DNA of 64,000 nucleotides from Octopus sinensis (lineage: Eukaryota): the NCBI RefSeq assembly GCF_006345805.1, contig NC_043008.1, forward strand, positions 70,804,001 through 70,868,000, in the 5' to 3' direction. Below, piece by piece: positions 1 through 13,289 of this stretch. The translations under genes were made by a program, and so were the position numbers. A model generated the notes under the pieces. That model was given only the letters and a program-made list of their open reading frames with translations, ran no database searches and had not been told where the DNA came from. Every line of letters starts with the position of its first letter. Position 1 is the first letter of the stretch.

Positions 1-650
1 AGATAGTATTTTGGAATATATGAAGATTGTAGGGAAAATCGGACAGAGTTAAGTTTCACTAAACGAGGGATTTCAATGCACTCTACCTGATGAAGAAAGT
101 AGGTAGAGATGGAATGCATAAGGCAAACACAAGAGCAATGACAGGAGGGATAGTGTTGCACATAGGAAAATACGACAGATAATATCACTGAAAGGAATGC
201 CATCATCCAAAAGAATAATTCAGAAAAATATCTGATGCAGTGGTAACATGGCAATGACATGTTCATGAAGATCACATCGAGAAACAAATAGATTAATAAT
301 AAAAACAATTAAATACCATCGCTGACAGTAGTGAAGTAACTAAAGAAACATTCTATGTTGAACAACAAAGGATATTGGGATACGACATGAATTTTGTAAG
401 GGGTGACTTGCATGTGTGGGTAGGAAAAATGACAACAGGAATTACCAAACAACAACGGAAAGAAAGTTTTTTGGCAGCATCAATGAGAATGGCAGAACAG
501 GGCGCTGCCAATCTGCTTGATATGGCCCCATCAGTGGGGTATCCTTTTCCCTCATAGCAACATTCACAATTTGATTTGGTGTTACCCTAACAGAAGAAAC
601 ATGAACCAGATCGAATACCTAATGACCGATGGGCACCTGGAGACGGTCAC
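1..650 (+). mobile_element. Decayed RTE-clade LINE, apurinic endonuclease domain remnant
   Basis: Frameshifted translation gives EVTKETFY..QRILGYDMNFVRGDLHVWVGK, GSINENG and ILFPHSNIHNLIWCYPNRRNMNQIEY. These match the RTE endonuclease motifs KE.FY...GDFNAKVG, MNENG and FPHK.IHK.TW.SPD....NQIDH. Many stops. Confidence 0.8.
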
Positions 651-819
651 TCCTTCTCGGGCGTTAGGGAGAGGAGGGGAATCGATGTTGCGAGAAACCA
701 TCACCACAACCTCTTCCTTCCCTTCTTCTTCCTTTTCTTTTTCCTCCTTCTCTTCGACTTCCTCCCCTTCTTTCCCTCCTACCCTTCCCCCCTCCACTAC
801 TTCCTCTTCCTGCTGCTGC

Positions 820-902
820 TACTACTACTACTACTACTATACTACTACTACTACTACTACTACTACTACAACTACTACTACTACTATTACTACTACTACT
901 GT
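820..902. repeat. (CTG)/(CTA)n trinucleotide microsatellite after a pyrimidine tract
   Basis: Direct read; it explains the poly-Y/poly-T segments of ORF 517..954. Confidence 0.95.
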
Positions 903-1739
903 AGAAAATAGTAAAATTTCTAAAATAGACAGAACACCACAGTCTTGTGAGTAGGGCTTAGAGTTAACTGTTTGAAGCTAATTAGTTCGCTAATATTTTA
1001 TTTTATCGGCGCTGTAGGTTTTAAAGGTAAAGTAGACATTGACGGGATTTGAACAACTAACGCGCGCGCGCACACACACTCACACAAAACTACGCTAGCC
1101 ATTTTGTCTGAACACTAACGATTCGTTCGTTACTAATTAGTAAAGAGACCTGTAATTAACATATACGACTAACTCTCACTAAATAGTTTCAACTTTATGT
1201 AAATATTTCTTAATGTACCCGTATGTTACTCTTTAGACTAATGTCAGCACTGAGCGATATTGTAAATGTGAACACTCACTCCTTTTTCTAGGGGTGGTGC
1301 ACCCGATGTGTCCTTTTTTAATAAAACGAAGACATGCTTGAAGGAGATTTTGCTATTATTTTTAAAAGTTAAAGCAGCCACGTAGAGGATATATACTCGA
1401 ATATTGTTATGGGTGGTAGCAAAAAACACAAACAAAAAAAAACCCAAAACAATTACATGAATATCAACAAAAGCACCAGCCTCTACCTGGGTAGGTTGTC
1501 TAATTCAACGGAGAATGGTAATCTTAATAGTAATGACTTCAATTGATTTCCAATAGATTGGCTGAAACCATTCAACATTGAAGCAGTAAGTCTACCAAAC
1601 AATGAGTATTATCCACTTTTAATTTGGTGATTAAACATGGCACCTAATTAGATTTACCAGATTATATGGCGTACTGTCTGTGTGAATGTGTATGTATATA
1701 TGCGTTTGCGAGTGAGTCTCTATCTCTCTCTCTCTCTCT

Positions 1740-1799
<60 letters not shown>

Positions 1800-2863
1800 G
1801 TATATACATATGTGTGTGTGTGAGTTTGTGTGTCTGTGGCGTCTGTGTTACTGTGTGTACGTGGAAACTAGACATTCATTTTAATTCGTTTATTGAGGTA
1901 TTTGTTCGCTGAAAGTGCTCTGCTAGTAATTAGAAACTATTTGGGGCTAAGACCAATGCTATGGGAAATATGTAGTAAGAATGAACCTCAAATACACTGC
2001 ACAAATAAAACATGCGTATATGTATCTTCCGGAATATATAGTTGTTTATGTGAACAATCGCTTTATCAGTCAATGTAGAAACAAGCAGATTCGCACGAAT
2101 TTTGACTACAAAGAGCTGGCCACGAGAAGAGGAATATAAACCGGCCCGGACGAACTGGGACAAAAAAGTAAATGTGTAGATAAATTGAGTTTAGTGGGAA
2201 GAACGCTTCCAGGTTCCTCTGTATGGATTATTTTAGGAAAATGAACTTTAAATATCGGGGTTCGAAATTTTAAGACATACTCAACACTTACGAGTTACAT
2301 ATACACATGCAGGTATATACTTAGAACATATACTACATACACATGTATATTTGTTAAAATACATAGAAATGTGAACGAAGAGTTAACAGATGTCAACTGA
2401 AAGTATTCAGTCATGTTTTCCCTGAAGTAATTAATTTAAATTGTTTTACAAGAGCCCATGTTTGGCTTTTCGACAGTTATTAACACGTAGAATTTTTCAA
2501 TGGCCGGGTAAGTAATGGAGGGACTTTCAAAATATGCTGGTTAGTATGATCTGACTCTATCACTACAGCTTCCATTGAAGATACGCTGATATTAGCTCCA
2601 AAAAATGAGTATGGTTGGAAAACGTTTATTTTTCATTCTAAAACTTCATCTGAACAAAATTCTACAAGATATTCATGTAAGTCTCAATGGACTCCAGTAG
2701 CTAATAATATTTTGTAGACCAGACTTCAGATTGAATAAAGCATGAAGCAAGATTCAATTCATTTCAAATAAAATTAAAATATTTAGAACATGTTAAACTC
2801 AAAATGAAAATATTTGGATGGTATGAATAATGTTATCTAATACATAATTTACCAACTTGTCAT

Positions 2864-2979
2864 TTACACAGCATAACTATTTGTATGGTGGATATATCTT
2901 CGACATAGCAGATGATAATGTCATTACACAGCATAACTATTTGTATGGTGGATATATCTTCGACATAGCAGATGATAAT
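2864..2979. repeat. 60-bp-period tandem duplication (56 bp identical)
   Basis: ttacacagcataactatttgtatggtggatatatcttcgacatagcagatgataat at 2864-2919 and 2924-2979. Confidence 0.95.
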
Positions 2980-4869
2980 ATTTATTCATATTTAACATAA
3001 TACAACGATTGTAAATAAGTAGAGGATAACAGCAAACTGCAGAGAACTCTTATGAGATATAATAAAAATTTACTGCAAAACTTTCTTAAAAATAAACCAA
3101 ACAAAACAGAAATAAAGATAGCAGTTTGAAGGTAGAACTAATGTGGGAAGAATAACTTTTGAAATATATTTAATTCGAAGGCTGGAAATAACAAGTCTGT
3201 TATTCTTCAGCGAATTGCTTCGTCAACGTTGTTGTTGTTTTTGAAATGAAGAGAATCTGCTAGTCTGATATAATATCGATGTCTGAATTGATGTATTGGA
3301 AATGTGCTAGTTGTCGTTGTTGTAGGAAGACTACTGAAGCGGTGAGTAGACGGCTGTTGATTGTCGGAATCTACTGCTGATGCGTTCTGAACCGGAATTA
3401 CGGAGAATCCAACCGAGCGAACATCTAGAAGGTTGCGGAAACAGCAAGATCAAGATTTCTCATGTTGTAAATGCTCAAGGCATGGTCCAAAATTTACTTC
3501 ACAATTAACCGCAAAAGACCTGTATTTATAGAGACACTGAAAATTTTATTAGGAAATGACTTCTCTTGATGAACCAAGATATCATATGATATCATCTGAT
3601 ATTAATAATTTTAATGATGTTATTAAAGCAAATTCTTGGAAAAATAACTTTTAAACAATCATAGCACAGACACACACATGCAGACATACTGACACAAATG
3701 TATACAGAACCCACAAAACACCCGTTCATTAAAACCAGTCAACCTTTACAGATTAAAACGAAAAATGTGTTGAAATTTGTAAAAACAGCTAGATATTTTT
3801 CGACACGCTTGTCATCAAAGCAACCATCTTAGAGATCATTTGCGCTTTGTCTCATTCTTCACTAAACAACTGAGATTTCTTTATAAATATCGATATATGC
3901 AGCTGGCCCGTTGGACACAAATGTGACCCAAGCTGCTTGCTAAACAAAGTATTCAAAATCTTGTATATTCTTTGTTTTAGATATCCCTCCTACACACATA
4001 TACACATATATACACATACATATTCAAGACAGATTCAAGACAGCATGCACACGATCAAACATTTCACCTCCCAAAACTCACTCATTGTACAACCCAGTTT
4101 TAAGAAAAACGAAGACTCTCTCTCTCTCCATATATATATATATACAGACGCACATATATAATGGTGAAATTGTACAAAATGTATAAATGGATGATGCCTG
4201 TTGTTATCCGTAGACTTACTGCAGGAATTTCGTAGTGCCAGTTGGAGTAACAGTGTTAATAAAATAGGAGATGGAATATGCAATAGAATTTATGGGTACA
4301 TCACACGTTTCTACCCGTCCTGGTACATCAATATATATACATTGCAAAATGCGTGAGATCCTTGGTACAGTAAGGTATATTTGAACAAAGAAAAAGAATG
4401 ACTACGCTGGTAGTTCTAATCAGTTTAATTTATTATTTAAACATTTTTTAATTATATAAATTTTAGTTCACAGAGCTAGTAAGTTCTTTGTTAACTTGGG
4501 TGTGGAGAAGTAAAACAAATATATTTTCTTTTTAACTTCTTCGGAGAACATTTTCGCATTCGTTGTCAAGCAGATGTGAGGATTTGGGATTTTGTGATGC
4601 TATGTATGGGATTTGAGTATGTTTGTGGTGGGGTTGGAGTTTGTTAATGAATGTGAGAGTTAAAGAATGTTCATAAATGATAGTTGAAAGTAAGTAGGGA
4701 TTGGTCAACAAAAGATACTTGATTGGGTGGAGTTGGGAGGTGGTGGGGTGTTAAAGGAGTGTTTTGTGAAGCCATTTGTATAGTTGACCTTTGGTGAGAA
4801 ATCTAATGACGTGATTTTTTCCAAATTATTTAGGTGTGTGTCTGGGGTACCAATCCAAACATACACATA

Positions 4870-4903
<34 letters not shown>

Positions 4904-4926
4904 CATACACACACATATATATATAC

Positions 4927-4980
<54 letters not shown>

Positions 4981-5619
4981 ACACATGCACATACACACGT
5001 ACACACACTTGCACGGATATACTAATGCGTACGCACACCTATAAATATAAATGCTCATCCATACACATGCATATTTATACACATAGACACATACACACAG
5101 ACACACACACATATATGCATATATACATATATATATATAAATCTATATGTATAAAAATACACATATATACACACATTCACACGTATATACATACATACTC
5201 ACATACACACACATACATACACCCTTACACATTGATATCCCTTACAGCTTACATGCTCCAATACCTTCACCCACGCACCCATCACCGTCATCATCGTCGC
5301 CCAAGGTCCATTTTCTATGTGGACCCTAAACGACGTCGATGATCGTAATGATAGGAGCATGCTCAAATATATGGGCACATATAAGACAGAAAAAATGCAC
5401 ACTCGTGGGTATATGTGTGTATATACATATTTACACATATATATCCCCACACATGTATACATACATGTATGCATGCATGTGCATGTATCACATCCGTATA
5501 TTTATATATACCCACATACACATAAACACGTACAAACACATACATATGTATACGTATCTACACTACACAAGTATTTATGATCACATGTTTATTGTGGGGA
5601 AAGGGGTTAGTGGTATGGT

Positions 5620-5837
5620 AGGCGGCGAGCTGGCAGAATCGTTAGCGTGCTGGACGAAATGCTTAGCGGTATTTCGTCTGCCGCTATGTTCAGAGTTCAA
5701 ATTCCGCCGAGGTCGACTTTGCCTTTCATCCTTTCGGAGTCGATTAAATAAGTACCAGTTACGCACTGGGGTCGATGAAATCGACTTAATCCGTTTGTCT
5801 TCTCTGTGTTTAGCCCCTTGTGGGTAGTAAAGAAATA
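5620..5837 (+). mobile_element. tRNA-derived SINE, family A (ggcgagctggcagaatcgttagc head)
   Basis: A-box-like gagctggcagaa, B-box-like gagttcaaattcc, core gactttgcctttcatcctttcggagtcgat...aagtaccag shared with ~20 other copies in the window. Confidence 0.85.
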
Positions 5838-5919
5838 GATATGGTAGTTTACCTCTAAGGATTGTTATTCTCTTCAACGACCAAATGATCGCAAGTGTGA
5901 GTATCGTACACTTCTATTT

Positions 5920-5997
<78 letters not shown>

Positions 5998-6025
5998 TTC
6001 GTTATTTGTTGGGGTGGGTGGAATA

Positions 6026-7190
6026 TCATTTTTTTGTGTTCAGTAATGGTTTGTACCGTCTGATGGAGAATTCTTCGTCATATCTCCGGAAATGATCGTT
6101 GTCCGACCATAACTTAAAGAAGTGGGAGATTGTGAACTTTCTGTTTCCGAAGTGTCCACTGCAAGTGGTGTTTTTGACGGGGGAGTCTTTAGTTTGATGT
6201 TTGTGTACACGAAATGTGTCCTATAGTTCCATTCCGGTTTCACCAATCGCATACTCTTCACATTGTGGTCAAGTTGCACAGAAAATTAAGTTTTCCTTGT
6301 AGAAATTCGTGTTTACATTGACTTTGAAAATCACATTGTTTTTAAAGAAGATTTGTTCACCTTCTTCGATGTATTCACAGTGTCTGCATCGAAGGTTCCT
6401 GCAGTTTTAACTTGCATTGTTTCAATGTTAGACGTAAATTTCGCCTTGGTGAGTATTTTTTTAAAGCTTTGTGCATGGCGTTTGCTATATATTATTGGTG
6501 AGTCTTTTATGAGTTTATTCATTTTGTAGGATTGCTGGGCAATTGAGAGATATTGTTTGGCGGCTTTCACCATGTTGAAGTTCCTTGGGTTGAGAGTGAC
6601 TACAAAAGGGGTGATTGTTTTGTCCTTTTAATTTTTGGTTTGCTTTTCTCAGGAAAGTTCTGGGGCTTGGATATGGCTATATTGACAAGGTTCATCTGAT
6701 ATTCTTGTCTTTATAGAAACCCTTTTAGTTCATTTAATCTTTTTTGCTGTAGTATGGGTTGTGTTACTATGGTTGAGATGCGTCTTGTCATATTGGTGTG
6801 TATTGGTGTGTGTCTGTTGGTTTATAAAATAGACCTGTTTTGATATTTTCCCCTTCTTTAATAATAAGGATATTCAGAAATGGGATTTCGTTTCTACTAC
6901 ATTCCATGGTGAATTGTATACCTTCAAGAAGCCTGTTTATGACAGAATGGAATCTATGCGGTTGTTCTTGGTTTCTATTGCAGGAGATGACTCAATCATC
7001 TAGCTAACATTTGGTGACCGCATACAGGACTTCATTTTGGAAGCAGATGTGTGTGTTACTGTATTTCTATTACATTCTCTTCTCACGAAGCGAACGTTTA
7101 TTTTCTTATAAGCCATAGCCCATCACACATGTCTATTAAAGTTGTTTTTTCTGATTATTTGGATATCATTCAAGGTAATTTATGAAAGAA
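6026..7190 (-). mobile_element. Penelope-like element remnant: RT C-terminus plus GIY-YIG endonuclease, pseudogenised
   Basis: Minus-strand frames read *LDD*VISCNRNQEQPHRFHSVINRLLEGIQFTMECSRNEIPFLNILIIKEGENIKTGLFYKPTDTHQY, then ITPFVVTLNPRNF...SKRHAQSFKKILTKAKF, then NCRNLRCRHCEYIEEG...ENLIFCAT*PQCEEYAIGETGMEL*DTFRVHKHQ...CSGHF...RYKPLLN. This is the classic Penelope RT-linker-CCHH/GIY-YIG order. A 10-bp duplication near 6791-6810 shifts the frame. Confidence 0.9.
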
Positions 7191-8631
7191 CAATACTTCG
7201 TTATTATTTGCGGCCAGGGAACAAACAATCAAGCAATCAACTGATGATGTAAGCAATCATTGTTAAAGGAAGGAAACAGGTAAAGCCTTTTCAGTGCATT
7301 TGTATTTCTTGTTAAATATTCTCCTTAATTTAGACCTATCTGACTGATCTCTAGTCAGTTAAATAAAGTGTTAGAGTGAAAATAAGAGTCGATGTCGGAA
7401 CTAAAGTTTTAGGGGTATATAAGGTTTTTGTTAGTGAGGTTTGTCCATGTGCGAAGCTTTGTACGAGGAGAATAACAAAGTGTTTACGAATCTGTCAAAT
7501 TTCACAATCTGGGCTTTAAACTTGTAGTTTAAATGCTTTAAATAACACGCATAATGTCTCACTCCATGGCACAGGGATAGCAAGGTATATTCTGACTAGA
7601 AACATATACTAACATTCTTTGAAGAGAAGGCTGGTTCATTTTAAGAAACAACGATTAATTTGGCGGGATTCAAACTAAGAGCACCGGGACACAGAACAAT
7701 CGCAGCATGGAAGTTAATCCTATTTTTTAACGACCCTTCCAAGGAATCTACAACTAGAGGAATCTACAACTATATGACTATAGTATTCTGTATGTTTTTC
7801 CTTTACTTCAGACTCCAAGTTTTGATTCGTAGGTAAGTTGCCGTATATATTTCTAGCACCTCGAGCGACGTCAAAATGGCTCCCGCGTTATTAGAATTGC
7901 AATGATTCGTTAAGTTAATCCGATAGAACGGAGGAGTAAAACAGTGGAAGAGTGGAATGATTATTATGGTGCATAAAAATAATATTATTAATAACGACAA
8001 CAACACATTAGAAATGAGATTTAAAATTTCGTGTTTAAAACTGCAATTATCGAAATCATTATTAGTATTTTCTCTGTATAAGCAGATGTAAGGGAAATAT
8101 CCATATACGTTAGAAGGGAAAAACGCCTAGAAAGCTAACTGCATCTTACATATTTGTTATATTGTATATTGTTAAAATATTTGAAAATAATATATACGGA
8201 ATACATTGAGAAAATATATATAAATATATGTATTATACCCTGAAGCTAGTCAACGAAGTAATGAAAAACTTCAGTGAAACTTCAGAGGAAAACATAAAAT
8301 ATACAACTGCCCTAAAGTTAATAAATAATATGGAGGCAACGTGCAAAATCCCCGGGGAAAACATGATAATATTGGAACATATGTGTGCATAAATACATAC
8401 ATAAACATCGACACACACACATACACACACATAAACGCACACATACACACACGCACGCACACACACGTACACACACATTTACATATATATGTGTGTGAAT
8501 GTATATATCTTTATGCATGTATATTATGTGTATGTATGTGTTGTTTATATACATACATGCATATTCTGCAACCACACATAATAAATATATGCAACGGAAG
8601 TCATATCTAGTTTACATATACATATACATAC

Positions 8632-8683
<52 letters not shown>

Positions 8684-8723
8684 TATATATATATACGTAT
8701 ACACCTGTATGTCTGTATGTATG

Positions 8724-8766
<43 letters not shown>

Positions 8767-9352
8767 ACACACGTATATATATAAATATATATACAGATAT
8801 ATACATATACACATAGACAAAACACCTGAGAGATATGTATTCATTTTACAGCGATTGCAGGTGAATGTGCACTCGTTCACATATATATACACAGAAGTAC
8901 TGCACCTCTATAGTCATGAACATGATACACACAAATACATACAGAAAACCCATAAGCACTCACAAGCACATTAAAATATACATAAACTACACATACATAT
9001 ATGTAACTGTATTATCGAAACAGAATATAACGTATTGGTATTATTTTTATTATGTTTCAGTCAATTTTCTCTGTTTGTCCACAGAATATGTAAACTAAAA
9101 TACGCCAATAATATATTAAAGTATAATTCGATTACATATCTCTGGCAACACACATAGGCCTGGTTTCTTACTAAAGCCAGGTTTCTACTGATGCTGGGGT
9201 TCGAATAGTAACGCAAATACGAGTACTTTTCTTATATTCCGTAACAGATAGATTGACATTCATCTTTCCTCCAGTCAAGATCGAAGAAATAAGAACGTTC
9301 CAGTCATGTGGCCGGGTGAATTCATCTAGTAAAATCCATTCTCGTCTTAAGA

Positions 9353-9565
9353 CGGTGAGCTGGCAGAATCGTTAGCACGCCGGCGAAATGCTTAACGATA
9401 TTTCGTCTGTCTTTATGTTCTGAGTTCAAATTCCGCAAAGGATAACTTTGCCTTTCATCATTTCGGGGTCAATAAATTAAGTACCAATTGCGTACTGGTG
9501 TTTATATAAGCGACTGTTCCCTTCCCCAAAGATTTCGGGCCTTATGCCTAGCGTCGAAAAGAATA
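9353..9565 (+). mobile_element. SINE family A
   Basis: ggtgagctggcagaatcgttagcacgccgg head, core and ...ttatgcctagcgtcgaaaagaat tail. Confidence 0.85.
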
Positions 9566-9829
9566 TTCCCTTCACATCTTTGAAAATTTGGATTTTGGAG
9601 ATTATAAGGAATCATGAAATGCAAGGCACTTAGTGAAGTCTATATGAAATAGGCAATTTGCAGTTTTGTCAGGTAAACAACAATTTCATGACTAACTGCC
9701 CCCCCCCCACTCCCAAAGTAATTTCAGACCTTCCTTTTGGCTGTAGTAGAAAAGCTTATTATCATTATTATTATTATTATTTTTATTATTATTGTTGTTG
9801 TTGTTGTTGTTGTTGTTATTATTATTATT

Positions 9830-10190
9830 CAGGTGGCGAGCTGGCAGAATTATTAATGTGTCGGACAATATAGTTAGTGGCATCTCTTCCGTCTGTACGT
9901 TCTAATTCAAATTCTACCGAGGTCAACTTTACCTTTCATCCTTTCGGTGTCGATAAAACAACTACCACTAACAATTTTTAGTCCTTGTGTCCATATAGTA
10001 GAATGAATTATTGTTTTGGTTTAGGCGATTCGCTGGCACAATCGTTAGTCGGAAAAAATATTTTACGATATTTATATCGGCTCTTTTACATTTTCGGTTC
10101 AAATGTTGCCGAGGTTAACTTTGTCTGTCATCCTTCTATTGTTGATATAACACAATACCAATATACCGATCTAGTTCTATTGTTTTTATA
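9830..10190 (+). mobile_element. Two head-to-tail degraded SINE family A copies
   Basis: Heads at ~9832 (ggtggcgagctggcagaat) and ~10021 (ggcgattcgctggcacaatcgttag), each with a partial core. Confidence 0.7.
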
Positions 10191-10689
10191 ATCAACTGAC
10201 ACTCTTTAACTTGAAACGTTTGACCACATGACAGACTTTGGAACAATTATTTTCGTTCTTTGCTCAAGTCTTTCTTGAGTGAGGATTCCTGTACTCTAAA
10301 CAATTTCGTGTCCAGTGCTACTTATAAACAAATATAATTTTGATATGCTTCTATTCCCAGACTGTTAATATAGGGAATTTCTGAGATGGAGCTGCTTGTT
10401 TTCTTGCATGTTTATAACTGACTCATCCTACATACGCTCCTTTTCTTATGAGTTTACATTTGGGTTTATATTGTACTAGAATTAAGCTTAAGGTCCATCG
10501 TCTATGCATAAATAAAAATCTCTTCCACGTCAAAACGTAACAATAATACATTGAATATACAACCCAAATGTTTTCTACATCGTTAAATATGAACAGTTAT
10601 ATATTTGACTCCCATTCAGGCATTCTCAAATGGAATCCCGAGAGTTTGTAACATTTGTTTCTTTTTTACCATATAAGACCGAATTGTAC

Positions 10690-10860
10690 GTATGTGTTTA
10701 ATGTTCAAACTGGCCATATCGAATCTTTCACACCTACCCTTCAATACGATTCTATAAACAGTCACATCATCAAAGTTACGAGATAATGCATAATTAATTC
10801 AAAGGATTTGAATATATAAGTATTACATTTAACAGAGTAATATGAATGCTAAAGGGTCAA
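10690..10860. mobile_element. Fragment of a non-autonomous DNA element with a piggyBac-like end
   Basis: Ends in gaatgctaaagggtcaa, approximately the reverse complement of a TTAA-CCCTTTAGC terminus. The other end is not visible. Family recognised from memory only. Confidence 0.4.
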
Positions 10861-11184
10861 AATTAGCGAATGATTTGTAAATTTACGAATATCTCGAAGG
10901 ACAACCTTCAACTATTTGACTGTTTCAAGATATACGCAACATAGATATAAGGACAACACGGATGTCGGTAAATACATGACGTGACAACAAGTAAGCATAT
11001 TGACCTCACCTTCAAATGACTTCCTAGTATATATTCGATGTTATTGCAATAAAATTGACTGAAATTAGTTATAATTGTATTGAATTATTATAGCATTATT
11101 CAGTAATGTATTGATATTTTATCATAATTTATTAATACTGTGTAATAATGTATTATATTAATTTTGTATTACAAAAGCAGCAAG

Positions 11185-11390
11185 CTGGAAAAGTCATTGG
11201 CACCTCGGACAGAATGCTGACCCGAATTTCTTCAGAAGCTTTATATCCTGACTGCGAAACCTACTGAGATCAGATTTGCGTTTCATTTTTCCGGGGGCTC
11301 GATAAAATAAGTACCAGTCAAGCACAAGGGCCGATATAGTTGGCTTGCTTTCTCCTCATACCTGTTGTTCTTCTGCCAAAATTGTAAAGA
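11185..11390 (+). mobile_element. Degraded SINE family A
   Basis: aagctggaaaagtc head remnant and core ttcattttccggggctcgataaaataagtaccagtc. Confidence 0.65.
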
Positions 11391-11440
11391 ATGAATTTTG
11401 TTTCATACAATAGTTTACAAATATAGTCTGTCATAGAGTA

Positions 11441-11815
11441 TTGTTACCTCCACCTTAGCGAAGGCGGAGGTATTACTTTCAATCGCGTTTATTTGCTTGT
11501 ATATCCGTGGATATGATCTCTCAAGAACCGCTGGTTGAATTCAGATGAAACTTTCAGAGAAGTTTGGCCTAATGACTACCAAGAACTGATCAGATTTGGG
11601 GACCGATCCGGTACCGGAAAAGTATTCTGGATTATTTTCCATCTTTTTTGTTACTTAATTTTTGAGAGCGGTCGGGTTCTTTTTTAATTTTCTCGTTTGT
11701 GAGAGCAGTTAAGTTTATTTCAGATATTCTCATATTAAAACTTATCTCTGGCTAATCGTTGAGAGGATGTTGGTATTGCCTTGGCAGAGGTTTGCGCTTT
11801 CTGGGTGCTCTTGTT
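11441..11815 (+). mobile_element. Helentron-associated non-autonomous element (HINE/DINE-1-like)
   Basis: 5' hairpin acctccacctt-agcg-aaggcggaggt (11446-11471), internal palindrome tccggtaccgga, 3' subterminal inverted repeat ccttggcagaggt followed by a short gcgc..gtgc hairpin and T-rich end. Confidence 0.75.
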
Positions 11816-11974
11816 TTATAATGAATTGTATTAATTTTGTATTAAAATGTACTTATATTTTATTATTCTATATTACATTCATAATATTTTAGAAGGTACT
11901 GCATTAATACAGTATAATACTAAATTGTATTAATATGATACTATACTGTATTATATTAATTTCAAATTTTGGCA

Positions 11975-12140
11975 CAGGGTCAGGAAATTCAGATTACATC
12001 GACCCCACAGCTCACCTGGTTCCTATTTTATCGACAGTGAAATGATGAAAGGCAAAGTCGACAACGCAGACATTTGAACTCAGCACTTAAAAACGGATGA
12101 AATGCCGCTAAGCTTTTTGCCCAGCTAACGATTCTGCCTG
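11975..12140 (-). mobile_element. SINE family A
   Basis: Reverse-complement core tttatcgac...gatgaaaggcaaagtcgac...atttgaactcag and head ctaacgattctgcc. Confidence 0.75.
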
Positions 12141-13289
12141 CCTTATTATATATTATGCTATATTAATATTGATTTATAATGTATAATATATTGCACTGAT
12201 TTATCATATTACGTCATGTTTCACTTCTTTTATACTCTATCGTTTTCTATTGTGCTGCATTATTTCATATTGCAGTGTATTACAGTGTAGTGCGTTGCAG
12301 AAGCGTTTGTAATAGGTAGTTTATTTTTTAAAAATTGCAGTGTATTATATTTTACAGTATTTTATCGTACACCACTGATGTATACTGTACTATAGTACAA
12401 TTCATATAATACTGTACAAAATTGTATATCAACTCATAAGTATCACATCTCTAAATATAATTTGAAAAAACGGCAAAGGAAATAGTAACATATGGGACTG
12501 ATAAATGGACTAAGCTAAAATGATTCGTCACCAAATTCTTTCTACGGGGCCTCATTAACAAAGATTTCTTACCTAGAACAAGGTAATACATTTGAAGAAA
12601 TAAGGAGTACAATGTATTAAATACAAAATTAGTATATTACTGGTACATTTTTCTTATCAGCTCCTAATGGGATAAAGCACATGGAACATTCTAGTGGAAT
12701 ATGCTGGAATTTCAACTGAGAAACAATTAAGCATTTTCCGTTACTATTCTCTTCTAATTCCCCACTGACTGGATCTTCTATGAAGACATCGAGCTTAGAC
12801 TAGAGATCGGAACCAATGTTATTGCTGCAATGAAATTTAAAGAGATGGGCATACTACGTATTCATGCCTCTCTTGATAATCATTGAGACTTGAGGGAAGT
12901 GAAGCTAAACTCTTGCAAACAAGGAATGAAAGGTAAAGCCATGTTAGAAATGAAGGCGGCGATGTTGCGGGGCGACGTCGCAATGATGAAGAAAGGTTTT
13001 GGTTAAATTATATTCAATATTTTATTTATTTTAATAATCGATAGCCATTAAGCTAGAGAAAAAGAACGGAATATATGTATTTTCAACTTACTTTTCTGTT
13101 ACCGCGTGGCGGCTGTCATCAATGGTTCATTGTTGATATCACAATTTTAATGCTATAAATAATCTACAGGATCTTATTTGTCATAAACAATACTAATGAT
13201 GATTAACAACATAACCACATAACAAACAACCGCATAAACTAATTAAAATACTTAGCTGTCGATCCGGATTAAGATTAGCAACAGAAAAT

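Noticed and set aside
4035-4283. Signal-peptide-like MHIPSPILLTLLLQLAL
   Set aside because: The start is TTG, not ATG, and the ORF runs into microsatellite.
7241-7285. CTGATGA...GAAAC-AG-GTA hammerhead-like string
   Set aside because: Neither stem I nor stem II can pair.
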